Of a DNA stretch of 27,829 nucleotides, positions 1 to 10,689 are shown one piece after another. How positions within the stretch are numbered: position 1 is the first letter of the stretch; each line of letters starts with the position of its first letter. A program made the position numbers and the translations under genes. The DNA is from Caedimonas varicaedens. GTDB taxonomy: Bacteria > Pseudomonadota > Alphaproteobacteria > Caedimonadales > Caedimonadaceae. The stretch lies in assembly GCA_001192655.1 (NCBI GenBank), contig BBVC01000011.1, forward strand, positions 1 through 27,829, written 5' to 3'. Under the pieces are notes generated by a model, which ran no database searches, had not been told where the DNA came from, and worked only from the letters and a program-made list of their open reading frames with translations.

Positions 1-498
1 GGGTATGCCAAGTTGTATTCGTAAACGTTCATACTCCTGGTCATTATCCTGATACATAAAAGAAGAAGGAAATTTTTTATAGGGCATAATACCGCGAGAG
101 CCCAATAACGAAAGGCGAGGATCTATAAAGCGCACTCCTCCTTGCCACGTCTCTGTTTGTCCTGGAACAGAATCCTGAGCCGCTGACATGACGAAAACAG
201 CACACACATCAGAAATATCTTCAAAAATGACTTGAGCGCGAAGTTTATATAAACTTAGCCTTTTCTTCAAAGGCTCAAGCTGATCTTTCCCTGTTTCCAG
301 GAAAATGGTTTCTCCCTCTTCTATCAAAAAGAAATCATGAAGAAATTTTCCCTGAGGACTTAGGAGGGCGGTATAAAGTGAATGAAAAGGTGTCAGAAGA
401 TGAATGTCATTCGTGATCAATCCCTGAAGAAAATTTTTCCGATCTTCTCCGGTCAGGCGTAAAAGGCCTCTATTTGAAAGAAGGATCGGTCGTTGCAT
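1..498 (-). CDS. ygfZ: Folate-binding YgfZ/CAF17-family protein (aminomethyltransferase-like). N-terminal part only; the C-terminus runs off the window edge.
   Basis: My translation of the minus strand from the ATG at 498-496 gives MQRPILLSNRGLLRLTGEDRKNFLQGLITNDIHLL...ALLSPQGKFLHDFFL. This matches the typical YgfZ N-terminus (R-G-D-FLQG-T-D, then PQGK). The frame stays open to position 1. The start lies 3 nt after the carD stop. Confidence 0.7.
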   Translation of the reverse strand, partial: MQRPILLSNRGLLRLTGEDRKNFLQGLITNDIHLLTPFHSLYTALLSPQGKFLHDFFLIEEGETIFLETGKDQLEPLKKRLSLYKLRAQVIFEDISDVCAVFVMSAAQDSVPGQTETWQGGVRFIDPRLSLLGSRGIMPYKKFPSSFMYQDNDQEYERLRIQLGIP

Positions 499-501
499 TA
501 T

Positions 502-999
502 TTAAGCCGCTTGAAGAATTTGTTCTACTTTTTCTGTAGCTTGAGTTTCTTCAATATTTTCAATTGCTGCAATTTCGGCAGAAAGACGCTGTAAGGCCGC
601 CTGATAAATTTGGCGCTCACTATAAGATTGATCGGGTTGATTCTCGCCTCGATAAAGATCGCGAATAACTTCGGCAATAGAGGATAATTGACCAGAGGAG
701 ATTTTCAATTCATATTCCTGTGCCCGGCGTGCCCAAATCACCTTACGATTGACAGGGGTTTTTTTCAGGGTTTTTAAAGCCGTATTCACTTCATGAGGAG
801 AAGCCAGGTTCCGAAGTCCTGCATTATGTGCTTTCATCATCGGCAAACGAAGGGTCATGCGATTCTTGATAAATGAAATCACAAAAACTTTAAGCTCATG
901 ACCTGCAACTTCCTGAGTTTCAATAGATAAAAGTTTACCAACACCATGAGCAGGATACACTACAAGATCACCATCTTTAAAAGAAGCGGTTGTTGACAT
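502..999 (-). CDS. carD: CarD/CdnL-family RNA polymerase-binding transcription regulator
   Basis: 165 aa ORF. The N-terminus FKDGDLVVYPAHGVGKL...VFVISF matches the CarD_CdnL_TRCF domain, followed by a helical C-terminal domain. Size is typical for alphaproteobacterial CdnL. Confidence 0.85.
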   Translation of the reverse strand: MSTTASFKDGDLVVYPAHGVGKLLSIETQEVAGHELKVFVISFIKNRMTLRLPMMKAHNAGLRNLASPHEVNTALKTLKKTPVNRKVIWARRAQEYELKISSGQLSSIAEVIRDLYRGENQPDQSYSERQIYQAALQRLSAEIAAIENIEETQATEKVEQILQAA

Positions 1000-1037
1000 G
1001 TTTCTCTCTCTTAATATTGTGAATTAATTAATAGGGC

Positions 1038-1066
1038 AGTGTAACAAAGAAAAGATAAATTGTCAA
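1038..1066 (-). promoter_or_regulatory. Putative sigma70-type promoter for carD
   Basis: On the minus strand: TTGACA (1066-1061), a 17-nt spacer, then TACACT (1043-1038), about 35-40 nt upstream of the carD ATG at 999. The -35 lies inside a 13-bp palindrome tgtcaaAttgaca (1061-1073). Sequence inspection only. Confidence 0.35.
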
Positions 1067-1175
1067 ATTGACATTTATACAACGCTGCCTTAAATACTAT
1101 ATCTGCTTTATGGGGACTTGAAAAGATACTTTTATATTTAATTTTCTGGGCGCTTTAATTTTCCGGATTCTTTAT

Positions 1176-2963
1176 CTATAGGCAAAGGGGTTGCGTGACA
1201 TCATAAAACCATTTTTTTGCATTTACTCCTTCGATCAGGGGAGCCAACGCATCATGAACATATTGGTGATACTCATTCAGCCACTTAATTTCTGAAGACG
1301 TCATCAAGGTATGATCGATCAATCTCACATCAACCGGTGCCAAAGTAAGGGTTTCAAATCCCAGCATGGGATGCTCTGCGCCAGGGATATCAACAGAAAC
1401 GACAACAGCAAGATTCTCCAACCGAATACCGTAATGTTCTGCTTTATAGTAGCCAGGCTCATTGGAAACAACCATTCCAGGTTGTAGGGAAATTGTGCTC
1501 GCAGACTTGGAAATTCTTTGAGGGCCTTCATGGATATTCATGACCGACCCAACACCATGTCCGGTGCCGTGCGCGTAATCCAAACCAGCTTGCCAGAGGA
1601 AAGAGCGTGCAAAAGCGTCAATTTGTCCCCCCGTTGTTCCCTGGGGGAAAATAAGTTGAGCGAGGGCAATATGACCTTTTAATACGCGTGTAAAACGATC
1701 TTTTTGTTCAGGTGTAGGTTTTCCAAGCACAATTGTTCGCGTTACATCTGTGCTGCCATCATGATAATGAGCGCCTGAATCAACAAGATAAAGCCCATCT
1801 GCCTCTAAAAGACAGTCTGTGGAAGGCGTCACGCGATAATGAACGATAGCACCGTGAGCGCTTACAGCGGAAATTGTGGGAAAGCTGTCTCCCCAAAAAG
1901 TAGGGAATCGCGCCCGAAATTCATACAGCTTTTGAACCGCTTCGATTTCAGTGACTTTCTGGTTAATGGCCTCTTTTATGACCCAGTGCAGAAACATTGT
2001 GAGTGCTGCGCCGTCTCGTAGATGAGTTTCCCGCATCCCTCTGATCTCAACGGGATTCTTACAGGCTTTTGGCAAAAGAGTAAGATCATCAGCACACAGA
2101 ACGCGACTGCCTGTTTCCTCAAGAGTGGTGATGAGCTTAAGAGGAGACAACACAGGATCTACCAGAATGATCGGCTTGTGATGTCCCAGTCCCCCAAGGA
2201 AAGAAAGGATGGCTTGATAGGATTGTATTGTAACCTTTTCACCCAAATGATGGCGGATTTCATCTGTTACTTTTTCCAAATCCATGAAGAGGGTCGCTCT
2301 ACCATCTTTATGGACAAAAGCAAAAGAAAAAACGACGGGCATGTAGTCCAGGTCATGTCCGCGAATATTAAAGAGCCAATTGACAGACTCGACCATGGTG
2401 ATCAGAGTGCCATCAGCATCTTTTTCCTTTATTCTTTCAGTCAGACTCTCTATTTTTTCGTCATGAGATAATCCTGAAACCTCAAGAGGATGAATAACAG
2501 CCTTGTGAACAGGCTGTGTTGGCTTATTCTGCCAGAGGCAATCAATCAGGTTTTGATCAACTGGAAGCAACGAAGCTTCTTTTTCCTTGAGAAGTTTTTG
2601 ATAGGCCTTGAATGTATGTCCCGTGATGAGCCAGGGATCAACACCTGTTTTTTCTCCGGAAGAAACATGATTCATAAGCCAGTTAAGAGGGGAAGTATAA
2701 GTCGTATCGATAATGTCAAAAAGTGATTTGTCAACTTCGTGATGAGCTTGAAGAGTGTATCGACCATCCACAAAAAGAGCGGCTTTATTTTTTAAAACGA
2801 TGACAGATCCAGCGCTTCCTGAAAAATTTGTCAGCCATTGCAAACGCTCTTCGTCTGGTCTTAAATATTCACACTGATGCTTGTTGGCCTTGAGAACAAG
2901 ATAACCATCAAGACCAAATTGATCAAAAAGCCCGCGAAGCAAAATTAATTTCTGGGCGCTCAC
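1176..2963 (-). CDS. pepP: Xaa-Pro aminopeptidase (aminopeptidase P, M24B family)
   Basis: 595 aa. C-terminal M24 metal-ligand motifs are present: VDSGAHY, HGTGHGVG, SNEPGYY, RLENL. There is an N-terminal creatinase-like region. The start is a GTG overlapping the phoU stop (GTGA). Confidence 0.85.
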   Translation of the reverse strand: MSAQKLILLRGLFDQFGLDGYLVLKANKHQCEYLRPDEERLQWLTNFSGSAGSVIVLKNKAALFVDGRYTLQAHHEVDKSLFDIIDTTYTSPLNWLMNHVSSGEKTGVDPWLITGHTFKAYQKLLKEKEASLLPVDQNLIDCLWQNKPTQPVHKAVIHPLEVSGLSHDEKIESLTERIKEKDADGTLITMVESVNWLFNIRGHDLDYMPVVFSFAFVHKDGRATLFMDLEKVTDEIRHHLGEKVTIQSYQAILSFLGGLGHHKPIILVDPVLSPLKLITTLEETGSRVLCADDLTLLPKACKNPVEIRGMRETHLRDGAALTMFLHWVIKEAINQKVTEIEAVQKLYEFRARFPTFWGDSFPTISAVSAHGAIVHYRVTPSTDCLLEADGLYLVDSGAHYHDGSTDVTRTIVLGKPTPEQKDRFTRVLKGHIALAQLIFPQGTTGGQIDAFARSFLWQAGLDYAHGTGHGVGSVMNIHEGPQRISKSASTISLQPGMVVSNEPGYYKAEHYGIRLENLAVVVSVDIPGAEHPMLGFETLTLAPVDVRLIDHTLMTSSEIKWLNEYHQYVHDALAPLIEGVNAKKWFYDVTQPLCL

Positions 2964-3646
2964 CCCAAGTCTCCTTTGGGTCGGGGTTCGGCAAAAGGAA
3001 TGCCACGAACCAGGTAATAGACCATTTCTGCAATATTTGTTGTATGGTCACCGATACGCTCGATATTTTTAGCCACAAACAAAAGCTGCGTATAAACATT
3101 CATATTATGGGGGTCTTCTGCCATATGCGCAAGAAGGCTATGAAGATAGTCTATGTACTTTTCATCAAGCTCCTGATCGCGTCGCCATACCTTAAGAGCC
3201 TGTTTATCATCTCCCTTGATATAGGCGAAGACAACATCATTGATCATTGAGGCTGCCATCTCTGTCATGCGAGGCAGCCCATCAATGGATGGAATTTTTG
3301 GAAGTTCGGCAATTGAAAGGGAACGCCTTGCAATATTTGTTGCATAATCTGCAATACGTTCAAGATGGTTGGATACTTTCAGGGCAGAGATAATATTGCG
3401 CAAATCTTTTGCCACAGGCTGGCGCAAAGCAATCATGCGAATGGCAAAAGCATCTATATCATGTTCTATTTGATCAATTGTCGGATCTTTATCAATAACT
3501 TTCAGAGCAAAGGCTGAATCACGATCAAGAAAAGCCTTGATCGCATTGTTCAGTTGGGCAATCGCTAACTCACCCATCATGGAAATCTGATGACTAAGAT
3601 ATTTCAAATCTTCGTCATAGGATTTTACAATGTGATTTGAAACCAT
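2960..3646 (-). CDS. phoU: Phosphate signalling complex protein PhoU
   Basis: 228 aa with two PhoU repeats (LERIADYATNIA and IERIGDHTTNIA). Located immediately downstream of pstB. Confidence 0.9.
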   Translation of the reverse strand: MVSNHIVKSYDEDLKYLSHQISMMGELAIAQLNNAIKAFLDRDSAFALKVIDKDPTIDQIEHDIDAFAIRMIALRQPVAKDLRNIISALKVSNHLERIADYATNIARRSLSIAELPKIPSIDGLPRMTEMAASMINDVVFAYIKGDDKQALKVWRRDQELDEKYIDYLHSLLAHMAEDPHNMNVYTQLLFVAKNIERIGDHTTNIAEMVYYLVRGIPFAEPRPKGDLG

Positions 3647-3660
3647 GAGTCTTGCCCTTT

Positions 3661-4431
3661 CTAGCCAAAACGACCTGTAATATAAGCCTGGGTTCTTTCA
3701 TCAAGGGGATTTGTAAACAGCTCTCCTGCTTCTCCTTCTTCAACCAACTCGCCCAAATGAAAAAAAGCTGTTTTTTGTGAAACACGCGCCGCTTGATGAA
3801 GTGAATGCGTGACAATCACTATGGTAAAGTTTTCTCTGAGTTCGTCAATCAATTCTTCCACGCGTGCCGTCGCAATGGGATCAAGCGCTGAACAGGGTTC
3901 ATCCATCAGAATGACTTCGGGATTAATGGCAATGGCGCGTGCGATGCATAAACGTTGCTGCTGTCCGCCCGAAAGACCTGTGCCAGGCTGATAAAGGCGA
4001 TCCTGCACTTCTTGAAAAAGTCCGACTCGTTCAAGAGATCGAATCACAATCTCATCCAATTCACTTTTGTGACGATAGAGACCATGAATCCGCGGTCCAT
4101 AAGCGACGTTATCGTAAATAGATTTTGGAAAAGGATTTGGTTTTTGAAAGACCATCCCCACACGGGATCTTAATTGAACAACATCAACAGTTTTTTGATA
4201 AATATCTTGTTCTTCCAAAAAAACATTACCCTGTAAACGAACACCGTCAATAGCATCATTCATACGATTCAGACACCTGAGAAATGAGCTTTTGCCGCAG
4301 CCCGAAGGGCCTATAAGAGCGGTTACTTCCTGAGCAGGGATACCCAGATTGATTCTGAACAGGACTTGTTTTGAGCCATAATAAAGACTCAAATTTTTTG
4401 TGGTAATTTTAACAGGAAATTGTGTATTCAT
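3661..4431 (-). CDS. pstB: Phosphate ABC transporter ATP-binding protein PstB
   Basis: 256 aa. Walker A GPSGCGKS, signature LSGGQQQR, Walker B ILMDEP, and the PstB-typical YGPRIHG segment. Sits within the pst context. Confidence 0.93.
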   Translation of the reverse strand: MNTQFPVKITTKNLSLYYGSKQVLFRINLGIPAQEVTALIGPSGCGKSSFLRCLNRMNDAIDGVRLQGNVFLEEQDIYQKTVDVVQLRSRVGMVFQKPNPFPKSIYDNVAYGPRIHGLYRHKSELDEIVIRSLERVGLFQEVQDRLYQPGTGLSGGQQQRLCIARAIAINPEVILMDEPCSALDPIATARVEELIDELRENFTIVIVTHSLHQAARVSQKTAFFHLGELVEEGEAGELFTNPLDERTQAYITGRFG

Positions 4432-4443
4432 ATTTTTTGTTCC

Positions 4444-5733
4444 TTACCACCGCTGTTCAAACTTACGTCGCAAAATAATGGCAATCATATTCATAAAAAT
4501 GATAAAAGCCAAAAGAACAATGATACCTGCGGCTGCATTCGCTATAAATCCTGGTTCAGGATTACGTGCCCACATAAAAATCTGAGTGGGCAAGGCCGAT
4601 GCAGGATCCAGGGGGGAATGAGGAATATCACCAATAAAAGCCATCATGCCGACCATCAAAAGGGGGGCTGTTTCTCCTAATGCCCGCGCTGTTCCGATAA
4701 TAGAGCCTGTAAGGATACCGGGCATTGCAAGGGGAAGGACGTGATGCAAAACAACCTGGACATCGGAAGCTCCCATTCCCTGAGCCGCATAACGGATGGA
4801 TTTGGGGACAGCAGCCAACGCAGAACGGCTGGTAATAATGATCGTCGGCAGAGTCATCAATCCCAGTGTTAATCCCCCTGCCAATGCAGAAGATCGCGGC
4901 AAGCCAAAAAATCCCAAAAACAGCGCCAGCCCTAAAAGACCAAAAACTATTGACGGCACTGCTGCAAGGTTAGAGATGTTGACTTCAATCCATTGAGAAA
5001 GATAACCACGCTTATTGAATTCTTCAAGATAAAGAGCGGCCGCAATCCCTATGGGGAAGGCAAACAGCAAAGCAATGATAATGACATAAAACGATCCTGC
5101 AAAAGCGCTTGCAATTCCGGCAAATTCAGGATTGCGGGCATCTCCTCGCGTAAAAAATCCCCAGTTAAAGATCGTTTTTAATCTTCCTTTTTGTTCTATT
5201 TTATCAAGCGCCTGCATTTGTTCGGCATTCAGGCGTCGATATTTGTGCAGGGATTTTTGAGATTCACTGTTCTTTAAAAACAAGTCTGCATCATCTGACA
5301 GAGGAAGCCATATACGCAGGGTGCGATCTTTATCTTCAGGATGATTTTGTATTCTCTCTAGCAAGATGCGACACGAACCGGGGCTGATCAGGGGACGAAA
5401 ATTATTCAGAGCTTCTTTTGACGTGTCAGGAAAAAGTTTCAGAAGCGACTCATTGACAAGGGAAGGCAAAGAACAATGGCTGCCTTCAGCGATAAAGGCG
5501 GGATCGAATAAAATATCCAAACCAACCTGAGTTTTTTGAAAAGCAGGAAGTCCTCGCATGATTGTGCCATATAAAAGAGTCAGCAAAAAAACAAGTGCGA
5601 AAAAAATGGCAAGCTTGCCATAAAACTTAAACCGTTTTTCTGCTGCGTATCGACGGGGTAACTTTTTGGCCGCAGCAGAGCGCATCAAGGAAGAAGATTC
5701 AGATGTCATATTTTTCATGATATTTCCTTGCAA
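4444..5733 (-). CDS. pstA: Phosphate ABC transporter permease PstA (long form with a large N-terminal loop)
   Basis: 429 aa. EAA-type permease motif GTARALGETAPLLMVG. The start is uncertain: ATGs at 5733, 5718 and 5709 are all in frame, and the one at 5709 overlaps the pstC stop by 11 nt. Confidence 0.88.
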   Translation of the reverse strand: MQGNIMKNMTSESSSLMRSAAAKKLPRRYAAEKRFKFYGKLAIFFALVFLLTLLYGTIMRGLPAFQKTQVGLDILFDPAFIAEGSHCSLPSLVNESLLKLFPDTSKEALNNFRPLISPGSCRILLERIQNHPEDKDRTLRIWLPLSDDADLFLKNSESQKSLHKYRRLNAEQMQALDKIEQKGRLKTIFNWGFFTRGDARNPEFAGIASAFAGSFYVIIIALLFAFPIGIAAALYLEEFNKRGYLSQWIEVNISNLAAVPSIVFGLLGLALFLGFFGLPRSSALAGGLTLGLMTLPTIIITSRSALAAVPKSIRYAAQGMGASDVQVVLHHVLPLAMPGILTGSIIGTARALGETAPLLMVGMMAFIGDIPHSPLDPASALPTQIFMWARNPEPGFIANAAAGIIVLLAFIIFMNMIAIILRRKFEQRW

Positions 5734-6886
5734 TGCACAGCGATATAAAATTCAAGAGCAGCGTCATCAAAAATAAAGCCATCCCAAGCGCAAAGGCTGA
5801 AAGAGTTTTGGGGCTGTTGAATTCCTGATCTCCTGTCAATAGACTGACAATTTGAACTGTAATCGTCGTGACCGATTCTAAAGGATTAAAAGTCAAATTG
5901 GCTGTCAATCCCGCGGCCATAACGACCAGCATCGTTTCTCCAATCGCTCTTGAAACAGCTAATAAAATCGCGGTCATAATGCCAGGAAAAGCAGCAGGAA
6001 TAACGACTTTTTTAATTGTTTCCGAAGGAGTTGCTCCAAGCGCAAGGGAATGATCCCGCAAGGCCTGTGAGACGGAACCAAGCGCATCATCAGAAAGGGA
6101 AGAAATGTAAGGAATAATCATCAATCCCATGACAATTCCTACACCTAAAGCGCTTTGAGGAGATATTTCAACACCTATCCGCTCACCAAATCCTTGTAAT
6201 AATGGCATAATAGCAACAAGGGCGAAAAAACCATAAACAATGGTTGGGATGCCTGCCAGAATTTCAATGATGGGCTTGATGAGATTTCTGGTGCGTGCTT
6301 TGGCATACTCTCGCGTATAGATAGCAATGAAAAGGCCTGTGGGCAGGGCAATGGTCATGGCAATGAGCATGATAAGAAGGGTGCCGGTAAAAAGAGGAAC
6401 GGCGCCATAAAGCCCATAATCCTCAACATGATTTGTATCTTGGTAGGTAATTTGGGGATTCCATTGCGTTCCCCAGAGAAATTCTTTCAGAGAAATTACA
6501 TTGAAAAAACGAATGGTTTCAAAAAAAAGCGTAAAAATAATCGCAATGGTTATAAAAATAGAGAGAAAAGCTGCTGCGCCTAAAAAACAGCGCATTATCC
6601 TTTCAACGCATTTTTGTGACCGGAAGCCAGGGGTCATCATAGACCAAGATATGAATGAGCCCAGAGAAGTGCAAAAGATAATCGCAGGCATTTTTTGTTC
6701 TATCCCTGAAAGGAAGAGGCATCCATAACTGATAATGGCAATCCCAAAACTTGCTATGCTGCTGGCTGTACCATAATAAACGGGGAGCGATGCAGGACGC
6801 TCTTTAAAAGAGCGTGCCTTATACCATGACAGAAAAAAGGCCAGCCCAAAAATAATACCCAGGCAAATAAAATAAAAGAGAGTCAT
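5699..6886 (-). CDS. pstC: Phosphate ABC transporter permease PstC
   Basis: 395 aa polytopic membrane protein with motif VSRAIGETMLVVMAAG. Its ATG overlaps the pstS stop (ATGA). Confidence 0.88.
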   Translation of the reverse strand: MTLFYFICLGIIFGLAFFLSWYKARSFKERPASLPVYYGTASSIASFGIAIISYGCLFLSGIEQKMPAIIFCTSLGSFISWSMMTPGFRSQKCVERIMRCFLGAAAFLSIFITIAIIFTLFFETIRFFNVISLKEFLWGTQWNPQITYQDTNHVEDYGLYGAVPLFTGTLLIMLIAMTIALPTGLFIAIYTREYAKARTRNLIKPIIEILAGIPTIVYGFFALVAIMPLLQGFGERIGVEISPQSALGVGIVMGLMIIPYISSLSDDALGSVSQALRDHSLALGATPSETIKKVVIPAAFPGIMTAILLAVSRAIGETMLVVMAAGLTANLTFNPLESVTTITVQIVSLLTGDQEFNSPKTLSAFALGMALFLMTLLLNFISLCIARKYHEKYDI

Positions 6887-7857
6887 AAAACAGCTTTCTT
6901 TTGACGCATGAGTATCCGCATTTTCTCTTCTTCCAACCGTCTCTTTTCTTCACGTTGAGGAATAAACCCATAGGAAACAAGATATCCCTCGGGGCCAATG
7001 GCGTCAGAGGAAATAAATTCTTCTACAAAACGTCCCAGTCCCTTGATACGTTCAATATGATCATTTTTCACATAAAGATAAAAGAGTCGGGAAAAAGGAT
7101 ATTCTCCGGAAATAATTGTTTTGAAAGTAGGAGTGATCTCGTCGATGGGAAGGGGAGTTACTTTATCGCTGTTCAGCATCAGAAAGCTGAAACTGAAAAT
7201 CCCCAGGGCTTCAGGCTCAAGTTGAAGCTTTTGAACAATCACTGTCTCCTGATCAGAGGCTTCTACATAGACACCGTCATGGCGCAGCTTTGGGACATGA
7301 TGACCCATGATAAGAGCCGTAAATGTCTCGCGTGTTCCCGAAGCAGCAGAAGGCCCCAGGAGTCGGATTTTTTGATGGGGAAGATCAGGTGTGATATCAG
7401 ACCAATAAAAGTTTTGATTGGGTTGTCCGTTAATTTTTTCCGCCAAAGCCAGATAGAGTTTTTCTCGACTCAATGAAAAAGGCGGCTTAAAATCAGGGGT
7501 GGCCACAACAATGCCGTCAAATCCCAAAGCGATTTCCAAAATGTCGCTGACGCCTTGCTGGGCGCAGTACTGTCGTTCCTGTTTGCTCATGGGGCGGGAA
7601 GCCAATACAATATCGGACGTGTGATCACCAACACCAGTGCAAAAAATTTTAATCCCCCCTCCCGTTCCTGTTGATTCAATCACAGGGGTGGGGAGTCTGG
7701 TTTTAAGATGAAAAGTTTCGGCAACCGCAATAGCAAAAGGATAAATAGCTGATGAGCCGACAGCGTGAATGTAAGGTCGTGCATGAACAACAGCACTTAC
7801 ACCCAGCAAGCTTGCCAGAAATGTCAAAAAAAATAATCGCCCCCTTGTTTCAAACAT
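6883..7857 (-). CDS. pstS: PstS-family phosphate ABC transporter substrate-binding protein
   Basis: 324 aa. N-terminal signal peptide (LTFLASLLGVSAVVHA), a GSS...STGTGGG phosphate-binding-type segment, first gene of the pst block. It has an unusual charged C-terminal tail, REEKRRLEEEKMRILMRQKK. Confidence 0.8.
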   Translation of the reverse strand: MFETRGRLFFLTFLASLLGVSAVVHARPYIHAVGSSAIYPFAIAVAETFHLKTRLPTPVIESTGTGGGIKIFCTGVGDHTSDIVLASRPMSKQERQYCAQQGVSDILEIALGFDGIVVATPDFKPPFSLSREKLYLALAEKINGQPNQNFYWSDITPDLPHQKIRLLGPSAASGTRETFTALIMGHHVPKLRHDGVYVEASDQETVIVQKLQLEPEALGIFSFSFLMLNSDKVTPLPIDEITPTFKTIISGEYPFSRLFYLYVKNDHIERIKGLGRFVEEFISSDAIGPEGYLVSYGFIPQREEKRRLEEEKMRILMRQKKAVL

Positions 7858-7914
7858 TCAGCTTGGTTACTTTCAATGGTAAGTGTATTTTTTTATACTC
7901 ATTATCTTTCGGGT

Positions 7915-7944
7915 ATATTAATGCCATTGTTTCAGAAATTTCAA
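7915..7944 (-). promoter_or_regulatory. Possible promoter for pstS
   Basis: On the minus strand: TTGAAA (7944-7939), an 18-nt spacer, then TAATAT (7920-7915), about 58 nt upstream of the pstS ATG. A weak match in an AT-rich region. Confidence 0.2.
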
Positions 7945-7997
7945 CCGAGAACGCAAATGATTGATCAAAATTCTGATTTCTTTAAGGGACTTCCCCA

Positions 7998-10664
7998 ATG
8001 ACACCTATGATGCAACAGTATCATCAAATCAAGAAGCAATATCCGGATTGTTTGCTGTTTTACAGAATGGGCGACTTTTACGAGCTTTTTCTTGAGGATG
8101 CCATTCAGGCCGCCGAAGCCCTTGACATTACTCTTACACGACGGGGGAAGGCAGAAGGCGAAGATATTCCCATGTGTGGCGTTCCTTATCATGCCTATGA
8201 AAATTATCTTGCTCGACTGGTGCGGCAGGGATTCCGTGTGGCCATTTGTGAACAGATAGAAGACCCCAGTGAAGCAAAAAAACGCGGCCCCAAATCTGTT
8301 GTGAAACGAGATGTTATCCGTGTCGTTACTCCTGGGACATTAACAGAAGACACTCTTTTGGAAGCGCGGATCAATAATTACCTGGTTGTTTTAACACCAG
8401 ATCTGGATGTACGACCCAAAGGTTTTTCCCTGGCGGTCATGGACATCTCTTCCGCTTTTTTTTCGCTGGAATCCTGTAAAAAAGAAAGCCTTGAAGAGAC
8501 TTTGGCACGTCTTCGACCCAGTGAGTTGGTGGTGCCGGAAAAGCTGATTCAGGAACCTGATCTTTACGACCTCTTTCGAGAGTGGCGCAAACAACTGCAT
8601 CCTCTTCCTTCCAGCCGATTTGACAGAGAGAACGCTATCAAACGTCTGGAGTCCGTTTATGGTATCAAGGCAGTTGAGGGATTTGGCGCTTTTTCTCAAG
8701 CTGAAATGACAGCTGCTGGGACGCTTCTTGATTATGTTCATCTGACCCAAAAAGGGGGTCTGCCTGTTCTCAGACCCCCTCAACGCGTTATTTCTGGCAA
8801 GTTTCTGGAAATTGATGCTTCAACGCGTCGGAACCTTGAGCTTTTGGTAACACCAACCGGAGAACGCAAGGGAAGCTTGTTCTCAGCCATTGATCAAACC
8901 ATAACCGCAAGCGGAAGTCGTCTGCTGGCACAATACGTGGCTTTACCGTTGGCTTATTGCGATGAAATCGATGAACGGCTCCAGCGCGTAGATGCTTTTT
9001 TTCAGTTGCACCAACTCAGGGAAGAGGTGCGCAGTATTCTGAAGGGGTGTCCTGACATGGAGCGATCTCTGGCAAGGCTTTCCCTGGGGCGAGGTAGTCC
9101 CAGGGATCTGGCGGCGCTGCGCGATGGATTACACAAGGCTTCCCAACTCCAAAAGGTGATTGAAAGGTCTGCACATGAAGCGCTTGCGTCCCTGAAAAAC
9201 CAAATCAGTTTTCAGGATGTGCTGATTGATCGCTTAACCAGGTCCTTGAAAGAAGAATTGCCTCCCCATACCCGTGAGGGAGGCTTTATTGCGGATGGCT
9301 ATTTACCGGAACTTGATGAAATAAGGCGTTTGCGTGACGAAGGATCGTCCCATGTGAAAAATCTTCAAACGACCTATAGTGAGCAATACGGGATTCCATC
9401 CCTGAAGATCAAACATAATAATATCATCGGCTATCACATAGAAGTCACGACCAATCATATTTCTAAAGTAGGGAGTGATTTTATTCATCGCCAAACCACA
9501 GCCGGCGCCATAAGGTATTCAACACCTGCGTTAGCGGAACTTGAACAGAAACTCAATCAGGCTGCAGTCCATGCCCTGGCGCTGGAACTCAGGCTTTTTG
9601 AGGATTTGATCAGGGAAGTCGTTGCCCAGGCTGACCCCATTTTAGGTACTGCCCAGGCATTGGCTGTGTTTGATGTCGCATCCTCGTTGGCTCATCTTGC
9701 CAAAATGCGGAATTATTGTCGCCCCCAGTTGGATGGATCCCAGGATTTTGACGTGCGTAGCGGTCGTCATGCTGTTGTAGAACAGGCATTGGTCGCCTCT
9801 AATGAAACAACTTTCTGCGCCAATGATTGCCTGATAGAAAGCCAGTCCCGACAATGGCTTCTGACAGGACCAAACATGGCAGGAAAAAGCACATTTTTAA
9901 GGCAAAACGCTCTTATTGTTGTGCTGGCTCAAATAGGGTCTTATGTTCCTGCTGCCTCTGCCCGTATTGGAGTTGTGGATAGGCTTTTCAGTCGTGTAGG
10001 TGCTTCGGACGATTTGGCACGCGGCCGCTCTACTTTTATGGTCGAAATGGTGGAAACTGCAGCGATTTTAAATCAGGCAACATCCAAATCCTTTGTTATT
10101 CTGGATGAAGTTGGCCGAGGCACTTCTACCTATGATGGATTATCATTGGCATGGGCTGTTCTTGAGCATCTCCATGATCAGATAAAATGCCGGACTCTTT
10201 TTGCGACCCACTACCATGAACTGACAGATCTCGAACAGAAAATGATGAACCTTGTATGCTACACGATGAAAGTACGGGAATGGAAAGGCGAAGTTATCTT
10301 TTTGCATCAAATCGTGAAGGGTGCTGCTGATCGATCTTATGGTCTCCATGTGGCGCGGTTGGCAGGAATTCCGCCCATCGTTATTCATCGGGCAGAAAAT
10401 TTTCTTAAAATCCTTGAGCAATCTAAAGGGTATCAGGAACGTAAAATACTGGATCTTCCTCTTTTCTCTACAGCTTCAACAAAGCCTGTTGAAATGAATG
10501 AGGTTGCAGAAGCGGCGCTCCAGCAAGCTTCGGTGGTAGAGAAAACGCTTTCAGTGCTGGATCTGGAAACCTTGACCCCTCGGGCAGCACTTGATATGCT
10601 TTTTGAATGGAAGCATCTCTTGACGCCTGAAAAAGAGGTCGTTCCTGAAATGAAAAAAATATAA
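7998..10664 (+). CDS. mutS: DNA mismatch repair protein MutS
   Basis: 888 aa. N-terminus [31 protein letters not shown] (mismatch-binding domain), Walker [10 protein letters not shown], and [12 protein letters not shown]. Confidence 0.95.
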   Translation: MTPMMQQYHQIKKQYPDCLLFYRMGDFYELFLEDAIQAAEALDITLTRRGKAEGEDIPMCGVPYHAYENYLARLVRQGFRVAICEQIEDPSEAKKRGPKSVVKRDVIRVVTPGTLTEDTLLEARINNYLVVLTPDLDVRPKGFSLAVMDISSAFFSLESCKKESLEETLARLRPSELVVPEKLIQEPDLYDLFREWRKQLHPLPSSRFDRENAIKRLESVYGIKAVEGFGAFSQAEMTAAGTLLDYVHLTQKGGLPVLRPPQRVISGKFLEIDASTRRNLELLVTPTGERKGSLFSAIDQTITASGSRLLAQYVALPLAYCDEIDERLQRVDAFFQLHQLREEVRSILKGCPDMERSLARLSLGRGSPRDLAALRDGLHKASQLQKVIERSAHEALASLKNQISFQDVLIDRLTRSLKEELPPHTREGGFIADGYLPELDEIRRLRDEGSSHVKNLQTTYSEQYGIPSLKIKHNNIIGYHIEVTTNHISKVGSDFIHRQTTAGAIRYSTPALAELEQKLNQAAVHALALELRLFEDLIREVVAQADPILGTAQALAVFDVASSLAHLAKMRNYCRPQLDGSQDFDVRSGRHAVVEQALVASNETTFCANDCLIESQSRQWLLTGPNMAGKSTFLRQNALIVVLAQIGSYVPAASARIGVVDRLFSRVGASDDLARGRSTFMVEMVETAAILNQATSKSFVILDEVGRGTSTYDGLSLAWAVLEHLHDQIKCRTLFATHYHELTDLEQKMMNLVCYTMKVREWKGEVIFLHQIVKGAADRSYGLHVARLAGIPPIVIHRAENFLKILEQSKGYQERKILDLPLFSTASTKPVEMNEVAEAALQQASVVEKTLSVLDLETLTPRAALDMLFEWKHLLTPEKEVVPEMKKI

Positions 10665-10689
10665 AGTTTGTTCAGGGAACGCCAAAGAC

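Noticed and set aside
6901-7476. Long antisense ORFs opposite real genes: 6901..7476 (191 aa), 19978..20493 (171 aa), 2022..2471 (149 aa), 8391..8783, 16392..16824, 24602..25296
   Set aside because: Each lies entirely within and opposite a confidently identified conserved gene. Their composition is low-complexity or odd, and I saw no family resemblance. These are typical shadow ORFs.
7858-7997. Search for a Pho box (two 7-bp direct repeats at 11-bp spacing, CTGTCAT-like) upstream of pstS
   Set aside because: Only weak partial matches were found (for example CTGAAAC-AATG-GCATTAA on the minus strand). Nothing is convincing enough to annotate.
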